The notes below the pieces were generated by a model. That model did not search any database. It was not told where the DNA came from and worked only from the letters and a program-made list of their open reading frames with translations. A stretch of DNA of 63,810 nt, counting the filler, from Vannella sp. (lineage: Eukaryota), in the NCBI GenBank assembly GCA_023345925.1. It is 4 parts of 4 records of this genome, joined end to end, with 100 filler letters (N's around TTAATTAATTAA, not from the genome) between each part and the next. Parts side by side here need not be neighbours in the genome. Positions count along the whole stretch, not along the records: positions 1 to 23,890 come from JAJQQN010001433.1; 3 more parts are not named here. The stretch is one strand, 5' to 3'. Shown piece by piece: positions 9,397-22,500 of this stretch (within the stretch, counting starts at the first letter, position 1; each line of letters opens with the position of its first letter). A program made the position numbers and the translations under genes.

Positions 9397-10455
9397 TCAG
9401 CAAGTAAAACGGGCACTCTTCATTCTGCTGCGGGATGCTTGAGCAAGTGCGGGCTGGAAAGGCAATCTTGCGGGTGCTGATTGATTGGTTCTATGGCCGA
9501 GTCCAAGTTGCCCATTAAAGTTCCATCCAAAGATCAGAAGACTGTCCTGTGAGAGGGCCAAAGAATGGCAGCCTCCCGCAATCACAGCGGCTGCCCCAGC
9601 CAAAGAATGGATTTGGGTGAGCCTGATCTGGTCAGATGTGCTATTTGTTCCTAATTGCCCGTAGGCACCAAATCCACAGGTCCAGACGCCGCCGTTCTCA
9701 TCCAGAGACAGAGTGTGATAGAATCCGCAGGAGGCCACAAGCATGGGAGGGATGTTGTTGATTCGCTCAAGCTTAAAGACATCTCCATTGGTGCGTCCTA
9801 GCTGCCCATCGTCGTTGCATCCAGCAGAGAAGACGCTTCCTTCCGAGTCAATGAGAATCACTCCTGTGGAGAGGGCAGCCAGGCATCGAAGAGGTCCTTC
9901 GGAACGACTTGGTACTTCAATGAGGAGCGGTTGGAAGGCGCTGCTGGTGTGACCGAGGCCCAACTGCCCGTGGGAGTTGTCGCCTAACACCCAAAGGGTC
10001 CCTTCTTCGGCCTCTGCCACCAGAAAGCTGTTCCCACAAGCCACCTTGATGAGCGGTGGAAGACCTTCCACTCGTTGTAAGGAAGCACTCACCCAAAGGA
10101 GATCGGGCTCGATTGCCCACACCCAAAGGCCGCCTTCAGTGTCCAGAGCGGCGCTGTGAGACACACCAGCAGCCACCAAGGTGATTGAGGGTAGTTCTGT
10201 GACCTTCTGAAAGGTGAGAGAGGGAGAAGAGGACCGAGAGCAACCAGTATCCCACACAGCGCCCTCCGCATCAAGGACAAGGGAGTGGCGACATCCCCAG
10301 TCCACCTGAACCGGCTGCGGGCCATTCCAAGGCACCCTCGCTGGTTGCCATTGATCATCCTTGTGACTGAGACCAAGTTGACCGGAAGTGTTGGACCCAA
10401 AAGCCCAAAGGTCCCCTTCTATTGACAGAAGCAATGTGTGGTCACCGAAGGGCAT
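9397..10455 (-). CDS. RCC1/BLIP-II repeat protein (intronless)
   Basis: Repeated GxNxxGQLG and VAAG/VACG..H motifs; start placed at the MPFGDHT shared with the paralog at 392. Confidence 0.92.
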   Translation of the reverse strand: MPFGDHTLLLSIEGDLWAFGSNTSGQLGLSHKDDQWQPARVPWNGPQPVQVDWGCRHSLVLDAEGAVWDTGCSRSSSPSLTFQKVTELPSITLVAAGVSHSAALDTEGGLWVWAIEPDLLWVSASLQRVEGLPPLIKVACGNSFLVAEAEEGTLWVLGDNSHGQLGLGHTSSAFQPLLIEVPSRSEGPLRCLAALSTGVILIDSEGSVFSAGCNDDGQLGRTNGDVFKLERINNIPPMLVASCGFYHTLSLDENGGVWTCGFGAYGQLGTNSTSDQIRLTQIHSLAGAAAVIAGGCHSLALSQDSLLIFGWNFNGQLGLGHRTNQSAPARLPFQPALAQASRSRMKSARFTC

Positions 10456-10922
10456 GAGCAGATGACTGAAAATGGAAGAGAACGAAAGAATGTTGGAGCA
10501 GTTCAACCAAGATAACTACGAAATAGGCCATGCAGCCTCTCTTCTCAGTCTGTGAGACAGAACAACGATCCGAGAATTTCAAGTAACCGGATGTCCGGAC
10601 CACTTTCTTGCGTGCAAATGAAAAGTGGCGCAAGACAGTGATTTGACCACTATCTTGCTTTCCAATCATAACCTCTGCTGCGAGAGGCTGCTCGAACGGA
10701 AATCAGATGTGTATGAAGCAGGTCTTGTTGTGAGGAGTCGCTCTTCACCCCCAATGACAGACTGAGAACCCACTAAAACGTGGAAAGACCAATAAACAGC
10801 TTTAAATGAAAAAGGAACTCGATCTCTCAAGTGATAAGCTCGCCTGGTCCCAAAAACGAGACAAACGCAAGGGATACGCCAACGAAATACATTGATAAAT
10901 GTGAATGAATCATTAAGGAGTT

Positions 10923-13316
10923 CTAAGAGAAAAGTCGTGAGGGTCCCAACTCGAATAGGTGGTTGAGGACGAGTTTCTGAACCTGGCTTTGACACTCTTC
11001 TGATTCATATTGGTGGACTCCTCTGATGGTAAGGCCAAAGTAGTTTGATCCATAGACTTGCCAATGGGAGAGTCTCTGCTTCAACATCCATTCGGTAGAG
11101 GTACTGTGTTCCTTCATGGTCCCGGCTTCAAAATCGACTGTGAACTCGCTTCCGTCTTGCAATTCTCCATTTTGGCCAAGATTAAAGCTGAAATGCTTTT
11201 TTCCTTCCTGCAGCACCTGACTGAGAACACTATTCACCGAATGGTGGAGATGGGTGACTTCATCTCCTGAATTCTTCTTTCTGTAGAAGTTAAACTTTGG
11301 AAGAGTTCCTCCGGGTTGTAGGAAGTTGCAAAGCGAGCTCTGCAATTCTTGGAAGCGGTTGACGTCATATTCAACCAGGATGACTTTTTCTAGATCACCA
11401 TGCCCCCTTTCAAGTGCCATTCTCAATGACACGATGATTATTTTCATCCCATTTGGACGTGGGTCGGGGAGCTGTTCCAACCTTGTCATGCTAAGAAGAG
11501 GCAAGGCTATGGACTTAGCTCGGGACCTGATCGCCCCTTCAACAATAGACTTGATGAGGGTTGCCAAAACAGCAGCATTACCGTCTGTACCGGGTTTCCA
11601 ATATGGTGGAACAGCGTGGAATATGTGACGCACTCCACTTAGCAGGCCTCCAGAGCTCTTGTGGTAGTCGCCGTAGTTCACGAATAGAGACATGCACTCT
11701 TGCTGCACTTTAGCTGCATTTTCAACGACCAAACTGAGGCCTGCCGAAAATTTCATATCCGGAAGTGCTGAGGATACAATTATGTCCACCTTCTGATCAA
11801 CAATGTTACCACAAATGGCTTCAATGATAACTCCATTAACCACATATCTGCTGTCAGAGAATCGAGAGAATTCTAGAGTACATGCAGTGCGATTAGCAAT
11901 ATCATTCTTCTCTTTTTCGTGTTGAAGAAATTCGTACTCTGCATGAGAGAGTGGCATCCGTAGAGATACGGAATTAGATTCCCATTTTTCCAGTTGGGAT
12001 CTTACACTTTCCAAAGCCTTTCCAACAAGTGGCTCTTCGCCTGTGAAGGAGATAATGTCTCCAGACACTTTGAATGTAACATTCATATCTTTCAGCATCT
12101 CAAACAGATTTCCAATTCCTTTTTGCTTGCAAAAGTGGAGACCTAAAGGGAAGGAACTGCAGTCCAAATGTTGAGAGAGGTTTCGTTCTTTGAGGAACTG
12201 ATGAATGGCCCTGATGTCGAGTTTGGAACCAGTCACTCGGATTATTCTATCCGACGGGCTGCTTAAAATGCACGCACGAGGGCGATTAGAAAACTTCTCT
12301 TCAAGATCTTGAAGTGAAAGATTGGAGTGAAAAGTGCGGGTAGTAAAACCCTGTTGAATGAACTGCTTCGTTGAAATTTCCACACTCTCCTTAGTTCCTA
12401 CGATGATGATTTGACACCCTTTTGAGTAACAGCACACATCTTCGTTGCTCAGAGCTTCACCGAACATTGGGATAACGTTGTTCAAATCTGAATCATCCGG
12501 AATAGGGAAGGGAATTCTGTGAGAACAAAGTTTTCTGTTGATTTTTTTGCATTCTGTGAGTGTTTCATCGACTGAAAGCTTGTGGCCACTGATGAAAAGA
12601 GCCATGTGATCTTCCGCTAATTGAACTTTGGCTGCCTTTTGTAATTTCGTCAGATCTCTGTTCACAGGGCTTGCTTTTGAGCGCCTCCACCATTCACTTT
12701 TTACATTTGACTCGATCAGCATCATTTTGGTATCCTGCCATCGATCGCAAGTCTCAACAAGTACCTCCTCATCATCAATGGATGTGCAAATAGTGACTTT
12801 TCTCTCACGTTGATGGATAGTCCAACTCGGAAACTGAGATTGGCACTGACGAACAAAAAAGTTGGCAATCTCAGATGCCTCCTGAGAAGATACTCCGGGG
12901 AAGGAGATTTCCTTCGTCATCAATTTGCTGATCAAAGATTGGAGTCGATCTAGGACACTGCCGTCTGAAGTACATATGACGCAGTTGTCTTGATACTCCC
13001 AAGCGTCACCATTATTGGGATCGGTAAACACCGAAAGGTACCCAGAAGCCATCCATTTGGAAATGACGGAGAAGTCAGTCCCTGGTCCCTCGCTTGCTTT
13101 CAGCAGGAAGCCCCAGCGGACTCGTGGTACGTTGAGAGAAGAGGGCTCCGATCGGCTATTGGGAGAGTCCTGTCCAACTGCTTGCAACTTCGCACAAGGT
13201 TCCTCCCTCAGAGTGTTTCCTCGTTTCTTGTTCAACAAACGTCGCCGATTCGCTCCACAATGGAGTACTCTCGTTACCCCGCTTTGTGGTCCGCGGTCTG
13301 GCGGGTTGTCAGCCAT
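10923..13316 (-). CDS. PARP14/PARP9-like protein: KH-like repeats, Macro domain, WWE-like segment; no ART catalytic domain seen
   Basis: Macro motifs IEAICGNIVDQKVDIIVSSA, HIFHAVPPYW, SIALPLLS; WWE-like FSFNLG..EFTVDFEAGTM..; KH-like segments (IIIVGTKESV, IIRVTGSK, IISFTGEEPLV). The KH and WWE calls are weaker than the Macro call. Confidence 0.7.
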   Translation of the reverse strand: MADNPPDRGPQSGVTRVLHCGANRRRLLNKKRGNTLREEPCAKLQAVGQDSPNSRSEPSSLNVPRVRWGFLLKASEGPGTDFSVISKWMASGYLSVFTDPNNGDAWEYQDNCVICTSDGSVLDRLQSLISKLMTKEISFPGVSSQEASEIANFFVRQCQSQFPSWTIHQRERKVTICTSIDDEEVLVETCDRWQDTKMMLIESNVKSEWWRRSKASPVNRDLTKLQKAAKVQLAEDHMALFISGHKLSVDETLTECKKINRKLCSHRIPFPIPDDSDLNNVIPMFGEALSNEDVCCYSKGCQIIIVGTKESVEISTKQFIQQGFTTRTFHSNLSLQDLEEKFSNRPRACILSSPSDRIIRVTGSKLDIRAIHQFLKERNLSQHLDCSSFPLGLHFCKQKGIGNLFEMLKDMNVTFKVSGDIISFTGEEPLVGKALESVRSQLEKWESNSVSLRMPLSHAEYEFLQHEKEKNDIANRTACTLEFSRFSDSRYVVNGVIIEAICGNIVDQKVDIIVSSALPDMKFSAGLSLVVENAAKVQQECMSLFVNYGDYHKSSGGLLSGVRHIFHAVPPYWKPGTDGNAAVLATLIKSIVEGAIRSRAKSIALPLLSMTRLEQLPDPRPNGMKIIIVSLRMALERGHGDLEKVILVEYDVNRFQELQSSLCNFLQPGGTLPKFNFYRKKNSGDEVTHLHHSVNSVLSQVLQEGKKHFSFNLGQNGELQDGSEFTVDFEAGTMKEHSTSTEWMLKQRLSHWQVYGSNYFGLTIRGVHQYESEECQSQVQKLVLNHLFELGPSRLFS

Positions 13317-13349
13317 AGCAGCCCAGCAGCAAATGGGAAGCGACAATAT

Positions 13350-13403
13350 CCCGTCATTTCCCCGTCATTTCCCCTTCATTTCCCCTTCATTTCCCCTGAT
13401 TTC
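13350..13403. repeat. Five copies of an 11-bp unit cccc(g/t)tcattt in the divergent Macro/VPS13 intergenic region
   Basis: cccgtcattt ccccgtcattt ccccttcattt ccccttcattt cccctgattt. Confidence 0.85.
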
Positions 13404-13527
13404 ATCTTTGTTCCAAAACTCCCTGTTTGGCCAGTGTTTACTCTTTAATTAAGAATTGAAGGACAAAGTCGCTATCAGAGAATAACAATCATAATGACCA
13501 GTGAGGCAGGAACGTCCATTTTGAGGG

Positions 13528-16500
13528 ATGTTCGAGCAGCTCGTTTGGAGCCTGATCGAGCAATATGCCCAACGCTTTCTCAAGGACTTCTCTCCTGGTG
13601 ATCAGCAGATAGACTTGTGGAATGGGAGGCTAGTGCTTGAAGACTTGGAGCTGGATATTGAGGTTTGTACCACTTCCTTCGTTCTTTACCCAAGTTCTAA
13701 CGAGATCTGGGTAGGAGCTCAACATGCTGGATCTCCCAGTCCGCGTTCTCTGTGGCAAGGTGAAGCAGATCATAGTTGAGATCCCATGGAGTCGTATCCT
13801 GACAGATCCAGTCAAAGTGAAAGTGAACGGAGTGGAGGTGCGCTCTCTTTCACCTCGTTCTTCCACCTTTGCTTACCTTCTCATGAACAGCTGGAAGTGA
13901 CGCTTCAGAATGGAGCTCACCCTGCTCCTAAGTCTTCCAATGTCAGGGCGCAAACCAAGAAAGGCGGATATCTCTCGATCCTTCGCGATAGGATCCTAGA
14001 GAACCTTCAAATAGAAGTAGATCATGTGCGAATCGCAATCACTGATACGAAAGGGAGCTTCCCTGCAACATTCTGGCTAGTTATCCGTCGCCTTATCATG
14101 AACAGTCCTCCTGATTCTTCGTCTGATACAGTACAGCTATCTCCTGAGTGTAATCAATGCCCTGAGACATTCCCAACCTGGTTAAACCTCAACAACTTGG
14201 CCTCACAGAGTGGAGAGGTACGGAAGTGCCTGGAGGTGTGCGGGTTCGACCTGTACATTGAAGAAGCAGGAGAGCAGAGCGCTTCTCTTCCAACTTTAGA
14301 TGAATTTTGGAGCTGGCAGAGAAGAATGAGCTCACATCTCCACGCCCATGCGGTTGTAAGTGACGCAACCATGAAAGTTACTTTCTCTCTCGTTTGGCAC
14401 CCAATTCGAATCCTGCACTCTTGTGTAGTTGAGGGTCCAAATCCTATTGATATTCAACTCAAAGACACTGATATCCGAGTGTTTCTTTCATTGATTGATC
14501 AGCTCCGGCTATTGGTCTCTCGTTCTTCCTCAGAATCGGTACCAACAGAGCAAACAGAAATCAATGATGACGACGCTGAGTTTCTAGAGGAGACAGAACA
14601 GAATGGAGGGCTATTCTCTTGGATTCATTCCACCTGGTCAGGCTATGGCACCTGGCTTGGAGGTACATCTAACAACCAGGATGACTATTCATCAGGGGAG
14701 GATGAAGACTTCAGCATGGAAACCTCAGAAACTCAAGAATTGACAAAGGAGGAGCGAGATAATCTCAATCTTCTCCAAGAAGAACGGATCACCAGCTCGA
14801 ATACCAAGGCACTGTCGACTAACGTCCAAATTTCTCTGAGTGGGATTCGTTTAACCCTCATACAGCATGATGAGATCTTTGATATCGGTACTGGGCAATG
14901 TTTTGTGGTTCCCAGACCACTAATTCGGATTGTTTCTGAAAGCGTCCACTTGCAGATGTCGTATCATTTCCCCGGAACAAGACTTCATGCATCTTGTGGC
15001 AGTCTATACGTTGAAGATTTGTCTTGCTCAGAAACCAGTCTTTTTCCTGAAATCATTCAAATACCTCGTTCCAACTTTGTCCGTGACTCAAGTGCTTCAA
15101 AAGTACCAATCCACCTCAGCTTTTGTGCTGGTTTTCAGGGATCTCATTCATCTATAGATCTGACTTCTCCAAGCATCCTCATAGCAATCCCTGCTTCAGT
15201 TCTTACAAGACTGGTTTCTTTTGTGAAATGTGTAATTCAGCTCCCACATGCACATGCTAGTACCTCTGCTCCTTCTTCACCAGTCAAGGTCTCACTAGTT
15301 CCATCTTGGGGATTATCAATCCGCTTCGAACAGATCCATTTAATTCAATGCGCCAACTTTCAAGAAAAGAATACTGAGCTCTTAGTGGTCGAATTGGAAT
15401 CTCTGTCTGTAGAAAAGAGAAACATCCCAGAAGTACTGAGGAGATTTGATATTCTTGTACCACATCTTGCGGTTTACAGCGCAACCTTACCCACCTACCT
15501 CTGTAATAGCACCCAAGAAAGATTTTACTTTCTTCAGCCCCTTGAATTTGGCGTGGCTATCCGACAAATTCCTTCGTTACTCTCCCTTTCAGACATTCCA
15601 CAACATTTTTACCAAATCGAGTGTTCTATAAGCAACGCTCAACTCTTTTTTGTCGCCAGCAAATTGAAACTGTTATCCTCTATCGCTAAGCAATTCAAAA
15701 ATCCATTAAGGGAGCAGAATTCTGTGATCCGCAAAGAAAAGATCATTCATTCACCAAATCCCCCTCATAATCGCAACTGGCACTCGCTGAATTTGAACCT
15801 TGAACCAGAGACTGCAACATTTCAGAATGCTCCCTCTTCAAGAGTCGCTTTTCAATTGCTTATCAACTCCGCCTCTTTCAGCTTCCTTTCAGAACGCCAG
15901 CATCTTCGCTTTCTAACTGCGGCATGTCTCTATGTTGGAGAACTTCGTGCTAAACTTGAAATGAATAGAGGAGGAACTGATCTGGAATTTTCAGCAGAAG
16001 AAGCCCGAGTAGAAGATACAACTGGCTTCGTTTGGATGAGATTAACGTCATCCCCTCTCAGAGTTCCTTTGCTTGATTCCGAGCATTCATTCTCAGCGGC
16101 CCCCGAAGATGTTCATTTTGCTACTCCACTTTCAAAGCTTCCTTCAATGAGAGTACCAAAGGATTCTGATCCTCTGACTCCCCTCCAAGCTAATCGCCCG
16201 GGAATGTCACCCACTCCTGCTCCCCAGTCTAAGCAAACGATTTATATTTCGGCCCACTTGCCAAAGGACTTAGTTGGGCCTTCCTTGAAGATGAATCTTT
16301 GTAATTTAGATTGCATTTATAAGCACAATGCCCTTTGCGCAATTCTTTCAGCTCTTCCTCAAATTCCGCCTCGCAAAAGGCAAGGCCGTTCGCTGCAAAC
16401 GATGTCAAAAGAACTTCTGATGTGGCATTGGGCAGTTGCGCACATATTAGAGGATCGGCGCAACAGTCTGATTGCGTCTGCTAGACAAGGAATCACAGCT

Positions 16501-19500
16501 CTATATTTCTCGTCCAGAGAAGACTGGCTCAATTCACTGCTTACTGAAAAGAACTTCAAAAGTAGCAGCTATCGATTTACCTTAAAAGATATCACAGAAC
16601 ATCTCTCGCGATTACCTTCTGCTTTACAGATAAGCGCTGAGCAAATCCGACTTTCCTATCTCGAAGATCCACCATCATCTGACCAAAATCAATGGGAGAT
16701 CCTTATCCCTTCCATCAAGTGCTGTAGTAGACCATCTGATCAATCTTCTTCTCTTTTCAACCAAACCTCAATATCAGTTCAAATTGATGTTTCCACCTTG
16801 TCTACCACACTAACCAAAAAAGGAAGATCTGTTGATCCAGAAATTTTAGGTGCAAACTCTGATGCCAGCTCAGAAGATGAGAGATCTGAGCTCTCCATCG
16901 GCCCAACTCCCCTGGGTTTTTCGACCCAAAATCTGTCGCAGCCACTTTTGAAGATGAAGAGATGCCGTGTTCAGCTTACTTGGGACTCGAATCACTCTCG
17001 AGGCAAGCCTTCTCTGATAGGAAATGTGAAGCTCAAAAATTTTCTGACAGACGTGAGTGTTTTGCAATGGAATGATGTAAAGCGACTTCGTGAGCTCATT
17101 GCAGCTTCGAAATGGCCTGAAAGAAGCTCCCCCTTGCAAGAATCCGGAAAAGGAAACGGCTCTTGTTTCCATATCAATGTGACTGTGATGTCAGCAAAGG
17201 TTCGGCTACGAGATGCTGAGAAGAAACCGATAAGCTTGTTGACTTTCGAGAACCTGTCTCTTGGTGCTGACCGTAGCCACGATGGAGAAGGTCGTCTCGA
17301 TTTAAATGTGATTCTATCTGGAGTGGAACTACTGTCATTTGCCGCCACGACCCCAGTTCAGATCATCTACCAAACGAAGGAGGAAATATGTGCACTGCGA
17401 GCATCTGTGCTCAGAAAGGAGCAAAAACAATCAGAAAATTGGGTAATTCATGTTAGCGGGTCGATATCAGGGTATCAATTCAGATGGGATCCTCTTTTTG
17501 GCCAGCAACTACAGCAGTTTGTATCGCCAGCCAATTTGCATCAAAAAGAATCTTTAGAAGTTCCGCAGAAACATCTGGAGGTATTCGTTGAAGAAATAAT
17601 GTGCTCTGATATTAGTGTAGCTCTGGGAAGTGCCGAATCTGTTTCCATTCACATCTTTTTCGGCAAAATCTTTGCCAAATCTTCAAGACCACTTGGTGAT
17701 GAAAGCTCTCATGCTCATGTAGCTTTAGAGTCTGTAACATTGAGCGTGAAAGACTTTATTACCACCCAGAGCCAAATTGTATTCCGAACCCAATTGCTTG
17801 AGGCTGAAATAACGAATTCCCCTAGTTCTTTAGCCATTTCTTTCCGATGTGAAGGACTTGATGTGGACATGTCGTCATTTATTTTGGACTGTATCAAACG
17901 TACGATTGCTTCATTCTCTCGCCCGAACAAAGCAAATCTCTCCTCTAGTCGCCCACAAGATGAACACAAGAAAGAAGTGAAGTTTGAGTTCCTCTTTGAC
18001 TCTTCGCACTTGTACTTTTGCAGAGAAGAGGTCCGGCATGTCGATATCTTCTTCGAACGATTTCAAATTCTACGGGGAACGTTAACAGACAATTTATGCC
18101 CTTGGAGCTTCCTTTCCTTCGCATTTACAAAGAGCACAGCTTCTCATCGCCAAGATGGCACACTTCCATGGAGATCAGTTCTTGTTGGCAACACGTTCTC
18201 GCGTAAATTGGCAAAATCTTCATTGCCAGGTCTCTGTGATAATGCAGTGGGGTACTACGCAAAATTGTGGAGAACAGATGGATCTTCAAGCAAGACAAGA
18301 ATTTATTTCGGAGAATTGGAAGCTCAAATCAAACCGTTACTTGCTAGTCTCGTACAACTCCGCCAAATTATTTCTAGAACTCCTTCTCATCCAAAAGAGA
18401 GTCAATCCATCCAGCCACACGTCCCTACTTCATATTTTTTGCACGATTGGGATGTAAATATTGGTAAAATCTCTGGGACATTCCGCTTAGACTCGCTCAA
18501 GGAAAAGTCTGTCCTTACCCTTCACATCCAATCAGTATCCTTCCAAACTCATGCTCAGATCTCTGGAAGCTCAATATCTAATTCTGCAGTCGGATATGCT
18601 TCTATTGAACTTTCACAATTGGCTGGTAATGATACAGCTCGGTTATGGAGCATCTACAATTGCACAATTTCTCAATTCCCTCCCTCCCGCGGGTATATCC
18701 GCTCTGTCGAGGTTGAGTGTGATGTCTTTGAAGTGACACTGCCTCTCTCCGTCATTCCCTTGTTACAATATTATGCACTTGATATAGTCCAACTCAACAA
18801 AACCTTACGGAAGCCACCAATCAGATCGAATCGCCTTTGCACCTTTAATGGTGAGTTACTGAACTCACCTGAATCAGTTATTCAGGCAAAGTTATCCTCT
18901 ATTTGCTTTGATCACGCCTCATCAGCTCTGCGGTTCAATGCAGGATATTCATGGAAAGGCAGTAGTGCAAAGGAACGCACAAAAACAGTTATTTGGAGCG
19001 CAGGAGAAGGATTAATTCGAATAAGGCGCCTGAGTTGGACGAATGAAGGAGGATCTCCCAGAACTTCCGCTGTAATCCTACAATGTCATTGTGATGAAAA
19101 TGGCTGGATTGATGTGCTTGCTCCAATCGAAGCTAATTGTGCCTTAAATCATGTGGATACCCTTATAGCAAGCCGAGTCTCCGCAAAAACTTGGCGCTTA
19201 GTCTTCCCCTGCCCAGACAGTGAACAGGAAGGATTCAATTGGCCATTTATCAGCAACTTTCAAATTTTGGTCGACAACGAACAAGAATCTTTGCAGAACT
19301 CAGCTGTCAATGACGGATTCAATGGATCTTTGCAGACTAAGATCAAAATTGGGAACAGCACTGTGGCGCTCCACAGCGATACCCAAAGATTGAGTAGTCT
19401 ATTATTCCAAGCAGACTACCAGCTTTTAGAAGCTAATTTGATGTGTTTTCGACCATCTTTGGAGTCTCCGATGCATTTTGATGGATACTTGGAGACCCTC

Positions 19501-22500
19501 CTGCAACTTAAATATCAAGACTATGCACTTCTTGCCATCAAACCGCTACTAACTGCTCACCCCCGCATCCACATTAATTCTGACTGCATTGGGTGCCTTT
19601 CCTTCTCTGTTTGGGATTCTCCTGATAATCCCACAGAACTGAGGTTAACACGTCCTGTTCTCCAGCTAGCTCGAAATGTGATTGACTATCTTCAGCACAC
19701 AGCAATTACCCTTGCTAAAGGTCTGCCTATGGAAATCGACAAGTTGGGAATGTTTTTCCATTATCGCTTTGTCAATCATACCGGTATCACTTTAAAAGTG
19801 TCTGAAATACGGAAGGAACTGGTTCAAGAAACAAACAGGGAGCTACTGCCGATGGAATCAACTTACTGGAAGTGGGGTCTGACTTGCGAGGAACCCTTTT
19901 CTCGTAGAATACTCCTCCAAAGCGCTTCTTTTGCTTCAATCCCTCTCGACCTATCGCAACTAGGGATACAGCGAATCACTTTGGTAAGTTCTGATGGAGG
20001 AATCCTGACAATTTTACTCCGCATCAGCTATCCAGAAGCGAGAAGTTGCTCTGCTTCAAAGACCCTTGAAGTTGAATTTCTAGGGGAGTGGAAAGTTAGT
20101 AATTTCCTCCCCTTCCCAGTTTCAATTGAAGTACCAACGCCTTTTCAATCACCTTTGACAGTGGATTGTCCAAAAATCAAGACTGGTTTGCCCCAGCAGC
20201 GATTCTTCTGCAGCTGGGGCTCGAGTGAATCCAAACAGATTCATTTCAAGATCCGATCGCAAGGGTCTCCTGATTGCCAGCTCTCCTTGGACCTCCTTTC
20301 GCTTCGAAAATATGGAGTGTCCTCTCCAAGTCTTATTTGTGTACGACAGCTTGGAGAGTTGCATCAGCAGTACGCTTGGGTCAATTTCGAGAGAGAAAAG
20401 TTGGAGGGAGGTTATGAGCAACTTCATCTCCTTCTTAGCTCTCCTTTCTGCCTCATCAATCAAACTTCTTTAAGTCTTCGCTGGCGTGTGGAATATTCTG
20501 TCGGAATCCTGGGAGAAGGAATCATTCAAGAAAGAGAAGAGCTTCCTCTGTTCTTCTCTCCAAGGAGAAAGTGTTTCCTTCGAATCTGTTCTTCTCACCT
20601 TAATCAGGAGAGCTCCATTTGGTCAGCTCCTTATGAAATCACTCGAATACAACCACCCTGGGTTGTTCAAATGGAGAGTGGAATCGGACAGCTCTCTCAT
20701 GATGGTTTCCAATCCCCAATGCAGCTCCAACTCAGCTTCTATTCGAAGACGAATAACATGAATCAACGGTCCATTACTCTGGTCGCTCCACTCATCCTTC
20801 GGAACGAAACCTCAGAAGGTCTCTTCATTGCCCAATTACTCCTTTCTCAAGACAGGAAACCAAAGTTTCAACAGCAACTCTATCTGCCACCTGGCGCCAT
20901 CGCTCCTTTCGGATGCAGTTCGGATCTGCCCAAGACCTCCACATCACTTTGTGTGTTTGCTTTTTCAGCAAGATCTTCAGCTCCGACTTCCTTAAGAGCT
21001 GTTGCTTCTCCTTTAGCAGATTGGAACATGGCCATGGGGATTGATCCAACCCTTGTTTGCGGGGATTACTTGATCGGCTACCGGGAGATCATTCCGAACT
21101 TGGAGGGAAAGAGCGTTTACTCGCATAATTACTTGGCTCGCCTTTCTGACGACCAAGTGCTCGGGCAGAGGACTATTCGTTTGCTTGCTCCGTTCATGCT
21201 TCGGAATGAAACCAGTCATGCTCTCGCTATCGATAGCATTTGGACCTCAAATATGGATTTAACTGCCGATGAAGGAAACAGAATGCCGCAGGGAACATCT
21301 CCGAATCACTCCACAATTCTGGTTCCCCCCAAAAGTTCTCACTTGATTCACCACTGGACTCACTCTGTTGAAGATCAACCTTCACGCAGATACGGACTTG
21401 GTTTGGGAATGCTTGCTCGATACGAAGGAATAGGGTGGATGGATATCCTCCTGGTGAACCTCAACAAATCCGCATCCTCTCATGAGGTCCACAACAACCT
21501 GACGTTCCAACTCGACAGAATTCAAGTGAGTTTAATACCCAAGGTGGAAGAGAACTATCAAGGTCAATTTGAAGTGCTAGTCAAACCTGGTGATCCTTTC
21601 CCTTACTGGATTGTCAATTACACGCGTTATCCTTTTCGCTGTCGTTTTAGTCACTTGAGTGAAGAAATTGACCTGCATCCGGGCATCAGCTGTCCCATCT
21701 CTGAGCACCCAAAACTCGAGGATGGGCTTCTAATGTCTCTTCAAATGGCTCATCACCGGTGGACAGACAACATCCTTATTCAACGTCCCAGGCACTTCCT
21801 TTTTGCTTTGTACGGACCAATGGGTAGTATTTCCCTCCAAGCGTCCATTCAGTTTGTCCGGGGATCTGCTTTCTTATATCTCAGAGAAGCGTCACATCTA
21901 TTGGAAGGAAAACTTGACAAATTCAGATCTACCAACGAAATTGTGGACCAACGAGAGCTGTCAAAAATGCATTTGAAAGACTCGAACAAAGAAACCATCT
22001 TTCGAGAGCTCATTGGTTCTTCCCAAAAGCACCTCAGCAATCAATTTCTGGTTGCTCCAGGACTTATCGGAGGGCTCAAGTTATCGCACACCTTCATTAC
22101 GTTTTTGGGTGAAGATGGAACGTCTTTGTTGCGATGTGACTTAAAGGGACTGGGGACGAGTGTATCTCGACTACTCAGAAGAAACGAGCGGATACAAATG
22201 AGGATCCAATTGGAATCTCTCCTCGTTCATAACTCTCTAGCTGATTCACACGTTCCTGTACGTTGGGGCTGCGCTGAAGACCAAGCTGAAGAGTCGGCAT
22301 TCCAACTTTCTGTTGATTTGCCAGCACCTTTCTTGGGACATTTGTCTCGACTTTCGGTCAAAAGCGCTCCTTTGTATTTGAATTTGACTGGACCTTTTGT
22401 TTCTTTGCTTCTGCAGCTCGCTCCTGCTTGGATTTCTGCTATTCAGCATCCCACACAATCACACGGCACACTGAGAACTAGAAAGGAAGAAACTTCTCAT

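Noticed and set aside
13786..13890. ORF-track start of the 3323-aa protein
   Set aside because: The real start is 13528 (Chorein-N); this stretch is out-of-frame exon 2 sequence plus an intron.
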